Below, in pieces: positions 26,375 through 39,187 of a stretch of DNA of 64,000 bases (position 1 is its first letter; each line of letters opens with the position of its first letter). This DNA comes from Octopus sinensis (lineage: Eukaryota), in assembly GCF_006345805.1 (NCBI RefSeq), contig NC_043020.1, forward strand, positions 3,720,001 through 3,784,000, written 5' to 3'. A program made the translations under genes and the position numbers. The notes beneath the pieces are model-generated. The model was not told where the DNA came from, ran no database searches, and saw only the letters and a list, made by a program, of their open reading frames with translations.

Positions 26375-27139
26375 GCACACACACATATATATATAGATCA
26401 GTGCACTTTGATTCAAATGCCTTGGTACTCTGAGTTTCAAGCATGTTGCTAGTCTTTGGCCATTGGAGTCTGAATGAGAGTTTGATTGAAGAGAGTCAAT
26501 GTTTACTTCTGAACATATATGCATACAGTAAGCTTCATTCAGTTTCTATCTACCAATTCCACTCACAAGGCTTTGGTCAGTCTGAGACTATAATAGCAGA
26601 CACTTGCCCAAGTTGCCAAGCAGTGGGACTGAACCCAGAACCATATGGTTGGGAAGCAAGCTTCTTACCACATGGCTATGCTTGTGCCTATACATACATA
26701 TCATAGGCTTCCTCACAGTTTTTGTCTACCAAATTCACTCAGACATCTGCTTGCCTGTAGATTTGGTGTGACTGTGTAGTTAAGAAGTGCACATTGTGAC
26801 CATATGGTTTTGGTCTCACTGTCTTTGGCAAGTGTCCTCTGCTATGGTTCTGAATTGGCCAAAACATTGTGAGTGGAATTGGTTGATGGAGCACCATCTG
26901 TCCAGATCAATGGATGCTTGAATTTCAAAACAGTTATCTTCTCGTTAACCTTGAACACTGGGAAGAGAGAAACAACACTCATCTCTGAACCATCCTGCTT
27001 TGTTTACACAGTTCTGTCTGCAGTGAGAATTCTCCCTCATAAAATGCAACGAATGGCCTTCTTTTGGGTGTGAAAATGTCTCAAACATATTTGAACTGGT
27101 AACAAGTTTCTATTTCAATAACCCACTACTTACCTCTCC

Positions 27140-27310
27140 TTCATAGACATTCTTACAAAATCAAAAAGCAGCACAGCTCTCGTGACTTCCAGAAACATTA
27201 TTTCACGCTCAGAATTGCTGAAGCATGGAATTCACTACCTGCATCAGTTGTTATCTCTCGAGACATTACATCTTTCAAAACTTCCATGCTTCCTGAAATT
27301 CACCAACAGT
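27140..27310 (+). mobile_element. CR1-like LINE 3' end fragment
   Basis: HSYKIKKQHSSRDFQKHYFTLRIAEAWNSLPASVV is a typical CR1 ORF2 C-terminus. Confidence 0.65.
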
Positions 27311-28462
27311 ACACCCTGTGTCAGTCATTAGACTGTGGCCATGTTGGAGCACTACCTTGAAGAATTCTTAGTCGCATGAACCGACCCCTGTCTTTGTATT
27401 TTTTCAAGCTTGTTATTTATTCTATCAGTCTCATCTGCCAAACTGCTAAGTTATGGAGATGTAAAGACACAAACATTGTTTGTCAAGTGGTGGTTGGGGT
27501 GACAAACACAAAGTTACCTTTACACACACAGACGACAGGCTTTTTCCAGTTTCCATCTGCCAAATCCACTCACAAGACTTTGATCGGCCCAATGCTATAG
27601 TAGAAGACACTTGGAACTGAACCTGGAACCGTGTGGTTGGGAAACAGACTTCTTACCACACAGCTATATCTGTGTCTGTATGTAAATTTAATTGTTGAAA
27701 GGCATTCCCTGAACACAACTAGAGATATAGTAGTTATTACAGAAGCATATTTAGCCAATGACCAAACATGGAGATAAGGATTATCTTTCCTTGCAAATCT
27801 TGCATCAGTTTTTTTCCCAAGTTTTAAGGATATTAATGGAAGAAGGTCATAGGTCATACGTAACTCTGTTTAGTTTTGTTATTTTATAGTTGTTCTGTTG
27901 AACCCTTTTAATACCAACCTACCCAAGTCTGCCCCTGGTTTTATAATACAAAACCTACCTTTTTTTAAGTGATCAACATTAAGCCTTTCATCATATTTTT
28001 ATTTTAATTTATTCTCTAAACACCAGCATGAAAACGAGTAAATTATTTTATGAAATTAGTCATTATTTCCCAAACTTAATTAAAACAAAACTAGAATAGA
28101 TCTGCAGAAATATGGTAATAATTTTTAGTGTTTATCTTATATTTTTACATCTTTTCTCTATTTTTACAGCCATTGCATCTGTTGTTGTTATCATCACAGC
28201 CTTAACCGCGACAATCACCAATTTCCCCTGATCAACTCCCTGGCTCAAATCATCCTGCAGCTGATTCTATCTCATCAACTTTGCATCTTTTGTTGTTATG
28301 TGAAAGGATGAAGGGGGGGGGGAACTTTTGTCATTTGTTTGTTAAATACTGACATTTTTGTTGATTTTCTTTTTTTTTTTTTTTTGGAAAGGGAAGGAGT
28401 ACATTTTAAATCTTGTCCTCTCTCTCTCTGTCTATCTGACTCTATATATGTTTGTGAGTGCA

Positions 28463-28503
<41 letters not shown>

Positions 28504-28730
28504 TGTATGTATATATAATGTATAAGAAGAGTGTTGTAGCCGGCTTGAAGCATTGTGATACAGAGGTGAAATAACAAAGTAATGAAGATGGAGTGTTTCT
28601 GACAGTGTGAAAAGGGAAAAGTTTAATAATCTTTTATGTATGAGTTACAAAAGCTCATCCTCAGAAGTAAACGGTCAGAAAATGTGAGTCTTGGCCAGTA
28701 CTGTATAAACTCATTGCTTTACTCTGTCCA

Positions 28731-28765
28731 CTTCTGATGCAGGGTCATCGTGCCCGAAATATATA
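28731..28765 (+). ncRNA. degenerate minimal hammerhead motif
   Basis: CUGAUGC-A-GGG-UCAUCGUG-CCC-GAAAU. Confidence 0.35.
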
Positions 28766-28967
28766 TATTTACTAACTTCTCTCTTTTTGCATAAGAAGCT
28801 CTTTGTCTTCATTACGTTGTGTTATATACATATATACATACATTCATGAATGTATATATATTCATAAATATACATTCTTGTATATAATTACTGTATATTC
28901 TTAAACACATTTTTACAATCCAACAAATAATTTTATGATTCTGTTTAAAAATTCCAAATCCATACAT

Positions 28968-29057
28968 ATTCTCTGATGAAGGAAATGTGAATTACCAAAG
29001 TTCAAAAGGTCTGACCTACACACTTCTTTGCACATTCCCAGAAACGGCCGTAAGACT
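28968..29057 (+). ncRNA. type I hammerhead-ribozyme-like motif (Penelope pLTR type)
   Basis: CUGAUGA (28973), stem II GGAAAUGUG/CACAUUCCC, GAAAC (29041), palindromic ACGGCCGU stem III, GUA cleavage triplet, stem I AUUCU/AGACU. Confidence 0.6.
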
Positions 29058-29414
29058 CTTTCTATTTATTGGATTCATTTGAGGACTTCTCTTTTGGGAC
29101 TATTGTGAACTGTTATCTCATCAGCTTGAACTTCTTAACTTATCTGTATGTATTTATGCAATTATCCAACTTTGATTTGGGCATGGAATTACACTATTAT
29201 ATGTATATATATATGTTTTTTTATGTTATGTGTTTGCATGCTTATAACGGCTTATATGTGCCCTCTGTGTTTAGATATATGTCGGCTTTCACGAGGAGCA
29301 TTATTGACCTTGGAACTTGTCTCTTTCAAATTAATCCTTTAATCTAATTGCTCAATAAATTGAGCCCTGTGCTGTTGCTTCTTGGAAAAAGTCCACCTCT
29401 ATAATTTTTCACTG

Positions 29415-29470
<56 letters not shown>

Positions 29471-29496
29471 TATATATCTGTGTGTGTGTGTGTATG

Positions 29497-29537
<41 letters not shown>

Positions 29538-29899
29538 GAGGCGCAATGGCGCATTGTGACCAGCGATGTGTAGCAACATCTGATAGCCTGGTCATATATA
29601 TATGCTTATACAAGCGATTGATAAAGTTGTTTGGTTTTCACTTATAAGGTTTGGTGCCATTGTGAGATCTCTTGGGAAAGTGTCTTTTGCTGCCACAGCT
29701 TCAGATGGATCTGGTCTGTGCCTGTCTATCAAAGAACCAATTTTTGTTGCATACTGTCACACATTTTACTTGATGATTCTGCTTAAGAATTTACTTTAAA
29801 AATAGAAGTGTCTACGAGATACTCAACCACATACATTATAGCTCTGTTCATTGAACTACAATACTCAACATGGAAACTAATGAAGATTGATTTATTTTG

Positions 29900-30320
29900 T
29901 GTGTGTATCAAAAACTTCCTGGATTATTTCTGTAGTGTGCCAACAGATGGCAGCACATGGTTGTGTGCAAAGTGAGAGCTAGCAGTAACCTTCATGAGGA
30001 AGTGTGCCAAGTGACATTGCCGTGTTTACTGTGCAAGTTGTGGAATTTGTGTTTTTGTGATCATGCGTATGCTTTAGTCTGTGATTTTTGTCATGGACAG
30101 GAAGCTGGAACAAAGAGCCAATGTGAAATTTTGCATTAAATTTGGGAAGTCTTCTACAGAGACATTGAGCATGCTTTGGCAAGCTTACAGTGACAAAGCA
30201 ATGGGTCATACACAATGTTTTGAGTGGTTTGGGTGCTTCAAAAGTGGAAGAATGTCCCTGGAAGATGATGAGTGATCTGAAATACCTACCACAAGCGTCA
30301 CCCCCGGAAATGTGATATTG
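29900..30320 (+). mobile_element. mariner transposon 5' fragment (N-terminal HTH)
   Basis: MDRKLEQRANVKFCIKFGKSSTETLSMLWQAYSDKAMGHTQCFEWFGCFKSGRMSLEDDE*. Confidence 0.85.
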
Positions 30321-31459
30321 TGCATTGAGAATTCATACCCCAGGGCCAGACCATCAACTAAGTATGCCATTCTGTTTGAAAGTTGTAAAGTTTATTTAAA
30401 CATTACGGGACTTTATAGCTAATCTCATAATAATTTATTGCATAAAATGTCTATTTAAATACTTTTTGTTTTGTATTATATTTACGTATTCTTTCTTCAT
30501 TAAAAACTGCTACCATCGCATTTTCTTCCAATGTTTTTACAGAAAACCTCAGTGAAAGAAACTTTATGCAGAGGTTGAATAAATAAGTTCTATCCCTTCT
30601 GTTGTGGCCTCTCTGCCAACATTGGAGGAAATTATTTCTTTTTCTCTTTTGCATTTTGTACTTTGTTAAAGATGGCAGAATCATTCGAGTTCTTGACAAA
30701 AGTCTTTGCAGTATTCTGCTGATTTTAAAATGCTGTTCAACTCCTGCCAAGGTTAACTTTACTTTTCCGCCTTTTTGGAATCAATAATGTAAAGTATCTG
30801 TAAGTACAGGGGTCCATAGAATTGACTAACTTCTTTCTTTTCAAAATTGCTGGCCTTGTGCCAAAATTAGAAACTGTTGTTCAGAATCATTAGCAGACTG
30901 GGCAAAAGGCTCAGCAACGTTTTGTTTGTCTTCACATTCTGAGTTCAAATTCCATTGAGGTCAATCTTGCCTTTCACCCCTTCAGGGTCGATAAAATAAT
31001 TACCAGTTGAACACTGGGGTCAATATAATTGACTTGCCCCCTTGTGCCTATAGTAGAAAGGATTATTATAATATTCAAGGCAGGGAGAAGGCCAAATCAT
31101 TTCCATGCTGGATAAAATGCTTAGCGGTGTTTCGTCTGTTTTTATGTTCTGAGTTCAAATTCTGCTGGGGTCAATTTTGCCTTTCATAATTTCAGGGTCA
31201 ACAAAACAAATAAGTAACAGTTGAGTACTGGGGTCGATGTAATTGACTAACCTCCTCCCCCAAATTTCAGACCTAGTACAAAGGATTATCATTATTATTA
31301 TTATTATGAAGAGTGTTATAATTGGTTGAGCATTAGGCAAAATACCTCACTGTATTTTGTCTCAATTCCTTAAATTCTAAGTTCAAATCTTGCCAAGGTC
31401 AATATTTTGCCTTTCATGTTTCTAAATTCTAATAAACTACACTCTTCCCTAAAATTTGA

Positions 31460-31705
31460 TCTCTTCCACCTTGGCGAAAGCGACTGGATCTGTGGAACAC
31501 AAAGAACTGGATTCTTCACGATGACAATGTACCCTGTCACTGAGCTCTCCTTACTCCTGATTTTCTCACCAAAAGCAACATGTTATCTATTCTGCACCTG
31601 TGGACTTCCATCTCTTCCCCAATATAAAAATGTAGCTCAAAGGGCACTGTTTTAAAACTGTTCTTGAGATCCACAGTAAATCACAGAAGGTCCTTGATTT
31701 TGTTA
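31460..31705 (+). mobile_element. mariner transposase C-terminal fragment
   Basis: RKRLDLWNTKNWILHDDNVPCH...DFHLFPNIK..LKG, with the YSPDLAP motif deleted. Confidence 0.7.
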
Positions 31706-32072
31706 TATGCCACCAGCATGGGTGCCATTGACCTTACAACATTATTTGCACATCCCCTGAACTGTGCCTGCCTTACAGTATTTAGTTTCACCCCCCTTCT
31801 GTTATTATTTCAAATCTTTTAAACTCTCTACAGGGTGGGGAAGGGGACAAGCTGGTAGAATCGTTAGCATATCACACAAAATGCTTAGTGGCCTTTTTTT
31901 TCCAACTCTTTATACTTTGAGTTCAAATCCAGAGTTGATTAAATAAAGTACCAGTCAGTCCTGGGTTGATGTCGTTAACTTACCCCTGCCCTCAAAATTG
32001 TTGGCCTTGAATCCTGCGAGGGACAGGCTTTCCCATTCAGAGAGTATCGGTTGTTGTGATCTTGGTTGCTTA

Positions 32073-32086
32073 GTTGCTATGGAAAC
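32073..32086. promoter_or_regulatory. RFX X-box-like motif in non-repetitive sequence
   Basis: GTTGCTATGGAAAC. Confidence 0.35.
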
Positions 32087-32795
32087 CGAGTAACAGGACT
32101 TCTGAGTCCTTAGGCAGCTCTACAACAACAACAACAACAACAAAAAAAGGTGAAGAGGGAGAGTGAGAGGGTCAACGAAAGTAAGATACTTATTAGTGAC
32201 AGAAGCAGTATTAATACCGGGAGGTACTATTTATCCCTACTTAAACCTGGATGTGACAGACACCTTGAGAGAAACCCTCGTATTGGCATTTCGGTGCAAA
32301 ATACACTTTTGTTTCTATCGCTGATGGGGAGATAGCATCGTTATTGATATCATAACTGGCTCAGTTGGTAAACAAAATACCTTGTGGTATCTAGTCCAGT
32401 TCCTCTATGTTCTCAGTTCAAATCCCTTTCTCTCATCTGTTTTGATGTCAATAAATTCATAATTAACGACATCATCGTTATCATTAATCTTCATCAGCAA
32501 CAGCTCTGTTCAATCTACAACTCTAATTGATTTAAATAGACATTCCTCTTTGTTTATTTATAAATTTTTCTTTTCTTTTTTCTGCATGGCTGTTAAAAAT
32601 AAATGAAGCAATATTAACAAAAATATGTTTTAAAAAAAGTTACAAAAAATAGAAAACCAGAAAAAATATTTTTTGAAAATAAAACCTTATAGATCTTTAC
32701 ATTATTAATAAAACATTTTTATATTTTTACTTTACATTGACTTCTGGTTTTATTTTTTTGTTTCCCTTATATTTAAATTTTCACCTATTTGATCC

Positions 32796-33570
32796 TGTAG
32801 CGGCACAAGCAGTCAGCGCCATATTGGACGAGATCTCACGGCACCCATTGTCATCTCTGAGACTGGAGCAAGACCTCACCTGCATCCATTTGCCATGTGC
32901 GAGATCACAACAAGGCTCACGATGGCAAACTGTATATAAGGGCAAAAACAGAAACAGGTTCAGTCTCTCTTTCTGCCTCTTAGAAGTAGCACTGGCTGAG
33001 CGCATTCCATGGCTGGGCCTGTCTGTATATTGTACCTCCAGAGGCAATGCACCTGCACTAACGGAGCGACTACACAACGCACACAGCTAAAGATGGTTGC
33101 TGAGAGCAGCACACTTCACCTATCCTGCGAAACCTGTAAATAAACCGGTTGTAAATTGCATTTGTACTTGAAGTCTTCTCTCTTCGCCTGAACCACACGA
33201 AGAACAAAAAGAGATAATGGAGGAAGGTGATATTCTCCCGATATCGTAAACCTTGCTATCCATTATAAAATGGTGACCCCCGACGTAGAAAAGGTTCTCG
33301 GCAGCCACAAGCTTTATCGTATAGATTCCTCAACCAAATAATAGACTGGCGGTTTTCACTCGCTTCCAACTGGTAAACACATCAATGGCCATGACTCCAG
33401 GCATCCATCAACTTCTGGCAATCCCCCTATCAACTTCCAGCCATCGTTCCTGCTGCCACATTTGAATTGCCTCACGTGGAAACAGAATTTTACCGGTCAC
33501 ATGCCACTCTCTGGCGATTTTCTGACAAAAGAAGAAAAAAAAAATATTTATTGGTAGAAGCACACACATA
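32796..33570 (+). mobile_element. Gypsy-type LTR retrotransposon remnant: 5' LTR, tRNA-Trp PBS, decayed gag start
   Basis: TGTAG start at 32796, TATATAAG at 32933, AATAAA at 33139, PBS TGGTGACCCC(C)GACGT at 33271-33286, then a decayed gag-like FELPH...KYLLVEA. No pol or second LTR was seen. Confidence 0.7.
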
Positions 33571-34740
33571 CCATTACAGTGGGTTTTTTTCGCATTTCTT
33601 TTTGTTTTCTTTCAGCCATTGTTGGCTATGGTTCCAATCTCACTTGGCTTGACAGATCTACCCAAGTATATTGCCCAGTGTTTCAAGGATGCTTTTTACA
33701 TGGCATCAGCCATGATCACGATCTCTCTTGATTCGATGGCTCTTCTCAAGCATGGCATATAACGAAATACCATTTGTCAGAAACAATAACTCATTTATTT
33801 GCGACTTTCTGGCACTTTATTTCAGAATTTCTAATACATATTATAACAAAAGAATCAAATTAAACTGTATTGTTAGTATTTATTTTAGTTTACAAATAGT
33901 TTTCTTTACAACAAAACTTCTCTCTTTCATTTCATCAATTTTTCCATCTTTCTCTCCCTTGTTAATGTGTTTCTATAGCAACCGTATTTTCCCATCAAAG
34001 CAAATAAATTTATTCGGAAATGTTGAACTTTGCTATTTAATAATGTTTTGTTAGTGTTAGCGTTTTTTTTTTTTTTTTTACAACAGTACTCTTTCTTTTC
34101 TTTCTTTTCTTGCTTGTATTCCTTTCAAGTTCAAATCTTTGCCACAAACATTGATTATTTCCCTTCTTATACAATCTGATAGAATATTCTCCTGAATAAT
34201 GAACAACTTCTACATTCATAAGATGAATATATTTTAGCTATTTTGTACAAGACCATTAGAGTGATGTCTTTTTGTTAGCAGTTCAAATTTTACTTGGAAT
34301 AAACTTTGCTTTTTGATTACAAAAAAAAAAAGTACTAGTCTACTACTACTGAGATTCAGTTTATTTGTTAATAAGATCATCCCACAAAAATTTGACTTTT
34401 GTGACTGTTAGAAATTGTTAATTAAGCTTGATGTCCCAGCTGTGACCATCCCTTTTGACTTTCATACCAAGCATTCTCAGACTATTATACAATGTGTCCT
34501 TTGTTGTTTTTTTAATAAGATGTAATGATGGAGATTTGACTACAGTTTCTAGCTTGTCAGGCACACTATGTGGAGGCTTCCTCATTTGGAGGGCAACACC
34601 AAATTCCTGACACTCTTTCATTTTCTTCATCTAACATGGAAGTTCAAATCTTGATAGAGGTCACTTTGATTTTCATATTTCTAGGTGGATGGGTGTATTT
34701 TTAAAATAAGCGATAGCAATATGGGGCAGTTCACTACATC

Positions 34741-34880
34741 CAGGGTGTTCAAAAAGTCTCTCCGCAGTACACAATGACTGAGAGTCAATGGCTGAAACGC
34801 AGCTGCCCACGCAGTGATGGCCAAGTTGCACAATCGCAGGATGAAAGAATTCACCAAGGAGAGACTTTTTGAACACTGTG
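34741..34880. mobile_element. small MITE, about 140 bp
   Basis: Perfect 19-bp inverted repeats GTGTTCAAAAAGTCTCTCC at 34745-34763 and 34858-34876, with TA after the right end. Confidence 0.7.
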
Positions 34881-36058
34881 TATACACTGACTGCATGTTG
34901 AATCACAGAAGAGAAATCATCATTATTAGCAGAGATAGACTCATTAAAATGCCAGAAAAAACGTCTTACAGTATTAGCTTCACTTTTACATTCTTATTTC
35001 TTTACTACCCACAAGGGGCTACACACAGACGGGACAAACAAGGACAGACAAACGGATTAAGTCGATTATATCGACCCCAGTGTGTAACTGGTACTTATTT
35101 AATCAACCCCGAAAGGATGAAAAGCAAAGTCGACCTTGGCGGAATTTGAACTCAGAACGTAGTGGCAGGCGAAATACCGCTAAGCATTTCGCCCGGCATG
35201 CTAACGATTCTGCCAGCTCACCACCTTTTTCATCACTACATTCTGAGTTCAAATCTCACTGAAGTCAACATTATCTTGCATTCTTGCAACAGTGATGAAA
35301 ATAAGTTACCTATCAAGAACTGGCATGATGGTATCGACTAATCACCTCCCCTTAAAATGACTGGCTCTTGTGTCATCATCATCATCATCTGGTCAAGCAT
35401 GCTCAGACATTTTAAACCCGTGCATGCCATCCATTGCAGTCCAGTTGAGGGAGGTCTTTAGGGAGGCATCCAGAGTCTCTGCTGAGATGATCTACATATG
35501 TTGTGTTTGGACAACCTTGCTGAAGTACACAGGCCATGCTTGGTTGTACTTTGTTGTGCTTAGATTAGGGGTTATTATTAAGGTGGTGACATGGCAGAAT
35601 CGTTAGCATGCAAGGTGAACTTTGCCTTTCATCCTTTCGGGGTCAATAAATTAAGTACCAGTGAAACACTGGGGTTGATGTAATCGACTGTTCCCACTCC
35701 TCCAAAATTTCAGGCCTTGTGCCTAGAGTAGAAAGGATTATTATTATTATTTTTATTATTATATTGTGAAGTCATGGAAACTAGGAGCTCAATAGGTTTG
35801 AAGAGTTTTATCAATCATTTCAATTATTTTGCGATTACTTTCCTTGCTGATATTGTCTAGATCCTGGGGGTAACATTTCTATTCAATTCCGTCCCCTTTT
35901 GCGGGCAGGAGTGCAACTCAGTGGTATTTATTTTGCGTTTCTTGCAAAAACAGAAATGTCACAATTTTACCAATTTAAAAAAAATATGTTGGCACATGAC
36001 AAAATAATAATAATTGATGGTGAACAGTGTTCTGCCCAACCGAGATCTGAGTTACAGC

Positions 36059-36316
36059 ATAACCATGGCAACAGAACATGATATTAGTAGGAGGGAAGTT
36101 CAAACTGAAATCAATTTAACAAATCTATGTAATGGAATTTTGTCTTGTTGCTATGACAACAGCAACACATGCAAAACATACAAGCAGCAGCAACATCAAC
36201 AACAACAAACAACTTGAACAATAACAACAAGAATGAAAACAACAAGGCTAAGAGAGAGAATTAGCATCATAAATGAAGTGAACTACTGCAACAGCAACCA
36301 CAGTTGCTATAGCAAC
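36059..36316. promoter_or_regulatory. cluster of three RFX X-box-like 14-mers
   Basis: ATAACCATGGCAAC (36059), GTTGCTATGACAAC (36147) and the perfect palindrome GTTGCTATAGCAAC (36303). Confidence 0.4.
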
Positions 36317-37259
36317 AAAAGCTGTGTGCAAAACAACAATAAAAAATAAAACTCCAAAACAACAACTCTTTATCTTTTTCAAGGGTAATTAGCTACTGGA
36401 TCATGCATTCAGTGAAAGGTAAGGCCCTCCTTACAAAGGGTGGCGAGCTGGCAGAACCATTAGCACGCCGGGCGAAATGTGTAGCCGTATTTCTTCTGCT
36501 GTTTCATTCTGAGTTCAAATTCCGCCAAGGTTGACTTTGCCTTTCATCCTTTCGGGGTCGATAAATTAAGTACCAGGTATGCACTGGGTCGATGTAATCG
36601 ACTTAATCCGTTTGTCTGTCCTTGTTTGTCCCCTCTGCGTTTAGCCCCTTGTGGGTAATAAAGAAACAGGTAAGGCCCTCCCGTACAAAACTGATATTGT
36701 GAAATCAGGAGTTATGCCACTTAGTGAGGAGGAAAAACACTAACTGAATGGCAAACAATTATCTGTAAGTGCATTTCTTGGAAGGGGAGGAGACTTGAAT
36801 TTCTTACTCTGGCAACATCCTCATCATTTAACGTCTGCTTTCCATGTTGGCATGGGTTCAAGGATTTGACTGAGAACTGGTGTGTCAGGGAGTTGCACCA
36901 GGTGCCAATCTGATTTGGTAAGGTTTCTATGGCTGGATGCCCTTCCTAATGCTTACCATTCCAAGAGCATGGTGGATGTTTTTTATGTGCCACTAGCATG
37001 GGTGCCATTGACCTGACACCAGCATCGACCATGATTATGGTCTCACTTGGCTTGACAGATCTACTCAAGCATGGTATATTCTTTTGTACTCTAGGCACAA
37101 GGCCCAAAATTTTTGGGGAGGGGCCAGTCGATTAGATCAACCCAGTATGCAACTGGTACTTAATTTACCAACCCCCGAAAGGATGAAATGTAAAGTCGAC
37201 CTCAGTGGAATTTGAACTCAGAACTTAAAGACATGAAATACTGCTAAGCGTTTTGCCTG

Positions 37260-38115
37260 GTGGGCTAATGTTTCTGCCAGCTTGCCGCCTTTCAAGCATG
37301 GTATATTGCCAAAGGTCACTGCCTCCATGAAGCCCAATGCTCAAATGGTGCTTTTTACATGGCACTGGCATTGGCCACAGCTACGATTTCATTCGGCTCA
37401 ACAGGTCTTCACAAGCACAACATATTGCCCAATGATTGAAGGATGCTTTCAAAGGGCCAGTTAAATGTGACTGGCATTGGCCTTCACTGCATTCTTGCTT
37501 AGCTTGACAGGTCTTCTCATGCATGGCATATCGCCAATGGTCTCAGTCACTTGTCATTGCCTCTGTGAGGGCCCAACATTCAAAGATCGTGCTTTATCGG
37601 CTTGCCTCATGTCTTCCATAGGTTCCCTCCAGCATTAGAGTGCAACACTTCTTCACACAGCTGTCTTCGTCCATATGCATCATATGACAATATCAGTGCA
37701 GTTGTCTCTCTTGCACACCACATCTGATGCTTCTTATGCTCAACTTTTTTCTCAGGACACTCTGTCGTGCATGCACACTGACATTACATATTAAGCAGAG
37801 CAGAGCAGCTTCATATCTTACAAACCTACACAGGCCCTCAGCAGTCACAGTCAATGTTTCACTGTCATGTAACATAGCTGTTCACTCACAGGAATCATAC
37901 AGTCTACCTTTCACTCTGAATAAGAGACCTTTTGTTACCAACAGAAGTAGGAGCTCTCTTAACATTCTAGTAGTTTCGCTCTCAGAGCATCCACCCCTGC
38001 TACTGACTTGGTCACCCAGGTAATAGAAGCTATTGACTACTTCTAGTTTTTTTTCCCCTGGCATCTATTTTCTGTACATTTTTAGTGCTAATTGTAGCTG
38101 TGCACCTGAAAATGC
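37260..38115 (-). mobile_element. RTE LINE 3' fragment with 3' UTR
   Basis: ORFs 37882-38064 and 37693-37875 (LEVVNSFYYLGDQVSS...GRLYDS...VQERQL) match the 54.8-55.3 kb copy. Confidence 0.85.
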
Positions 38116-38625
38116 AATTTGCATCAATGAGCCAGAATCCAGAAGAATGGTAACAATTACATACATCTACACCTTTATGATGATCGGTGGATGTTCCATT
38201 CCTGCAATACTGAGATGATTAATGGCAAGGAAGTGTGATGACATTCTCGAGAAACCCTGGGCATTGATGGAAATGAACTGGCCTGTCTCTTCTGGAGGTC
38301 AATAAAGTAAGTACCAGTTGAAAACTGGGGTCAAGGTAATCGACTAGCCCAACTCTTACAAAATTCCAAGCCTTGTTATTTCTTTATTGCCCACAAGGGG
38401 CTAAACATAGAGGGGACAGACAAACTGATTAAGTCGATTACACCGACCCCAGTGCGTAACTGGTGCTTAATTTATCAACCCTGAAAGGATGAAAGGTAAA
38501 GTTGACCTCGGCGGAATTTGAACTCAGAACGCAATGGCAGACGAAATACCACTGAGCATTTCGCCTGGCTTGCTAACGTTTCTGCCAGCTCTCTGCCTTC
38601 AATCCTTGTGCCAATAGTAGAAAAG

Positions 38626-38627
<2 letters not shown>

Positions 38628-38672
<45 letters not shown>

Positions 38673-38865
38673 GGCAGTGAGCAGGCTGAACTGTTAGCAT
38701 GTCAAGAAATGCTTAGTTGCATTTCTTCTGATTCTTTACATTCTGCTTTGCTATTCATTCGGGGGTTGATAAAATAATGTCAGTTGAACACTTCTAAAAG
38801 TGCCAACTTTGTGTCAAAATTTGAAACTAACATTATTATTATTATTGTTATTATTATTATTATTA

Positions 38866-38897
<32 letters not shown>

Positions 38898-38915
38898 GTT
38901 GTTGTTATTATTATT
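38628..38915. repeat. two (ATT)n microsatellites
   Basis: Runs at about 38628-38670 and 38830-38915. Confidence 0.9.
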
Positions 38916-39187
38916 AGGGTAGCAAACTGGAAGACTTGATAGCACTGTGCAGTTTTTCTTCCAATTTTATGGTTGACTTCAAACTCTGCCAAGGCTGACT
39001 TTTGTCTTTTGTCCTTTTGAAGTCAATAAAATAAGTGTCAGTGGAGTACTGGATCGACGCAGTTGACTAGCCCCACCCCTCCCCCAGAATTTTGGGCTTT
39101 GTGCCTACAGAAGAAAAGATTATTGTTATTAGTTATATTAGTAGTAGTAGTAGTAGGAAACGTAGTTTGCGTCCATGCATATATATA

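Noticed and set aside
34418-34630. Minus-strand 70-aa ORF with a possible donor (cttg|gtatga)
   Set aside because: No recognisable domain or partner exons, so it cannot be supported.
38080-38145. Apparent EGF-like exon NCSCAPENAICINE on the + strand
   Set aside because: It overlaps the antisense of the RTE fragment (37260-38115) and has no compatible partner exons.
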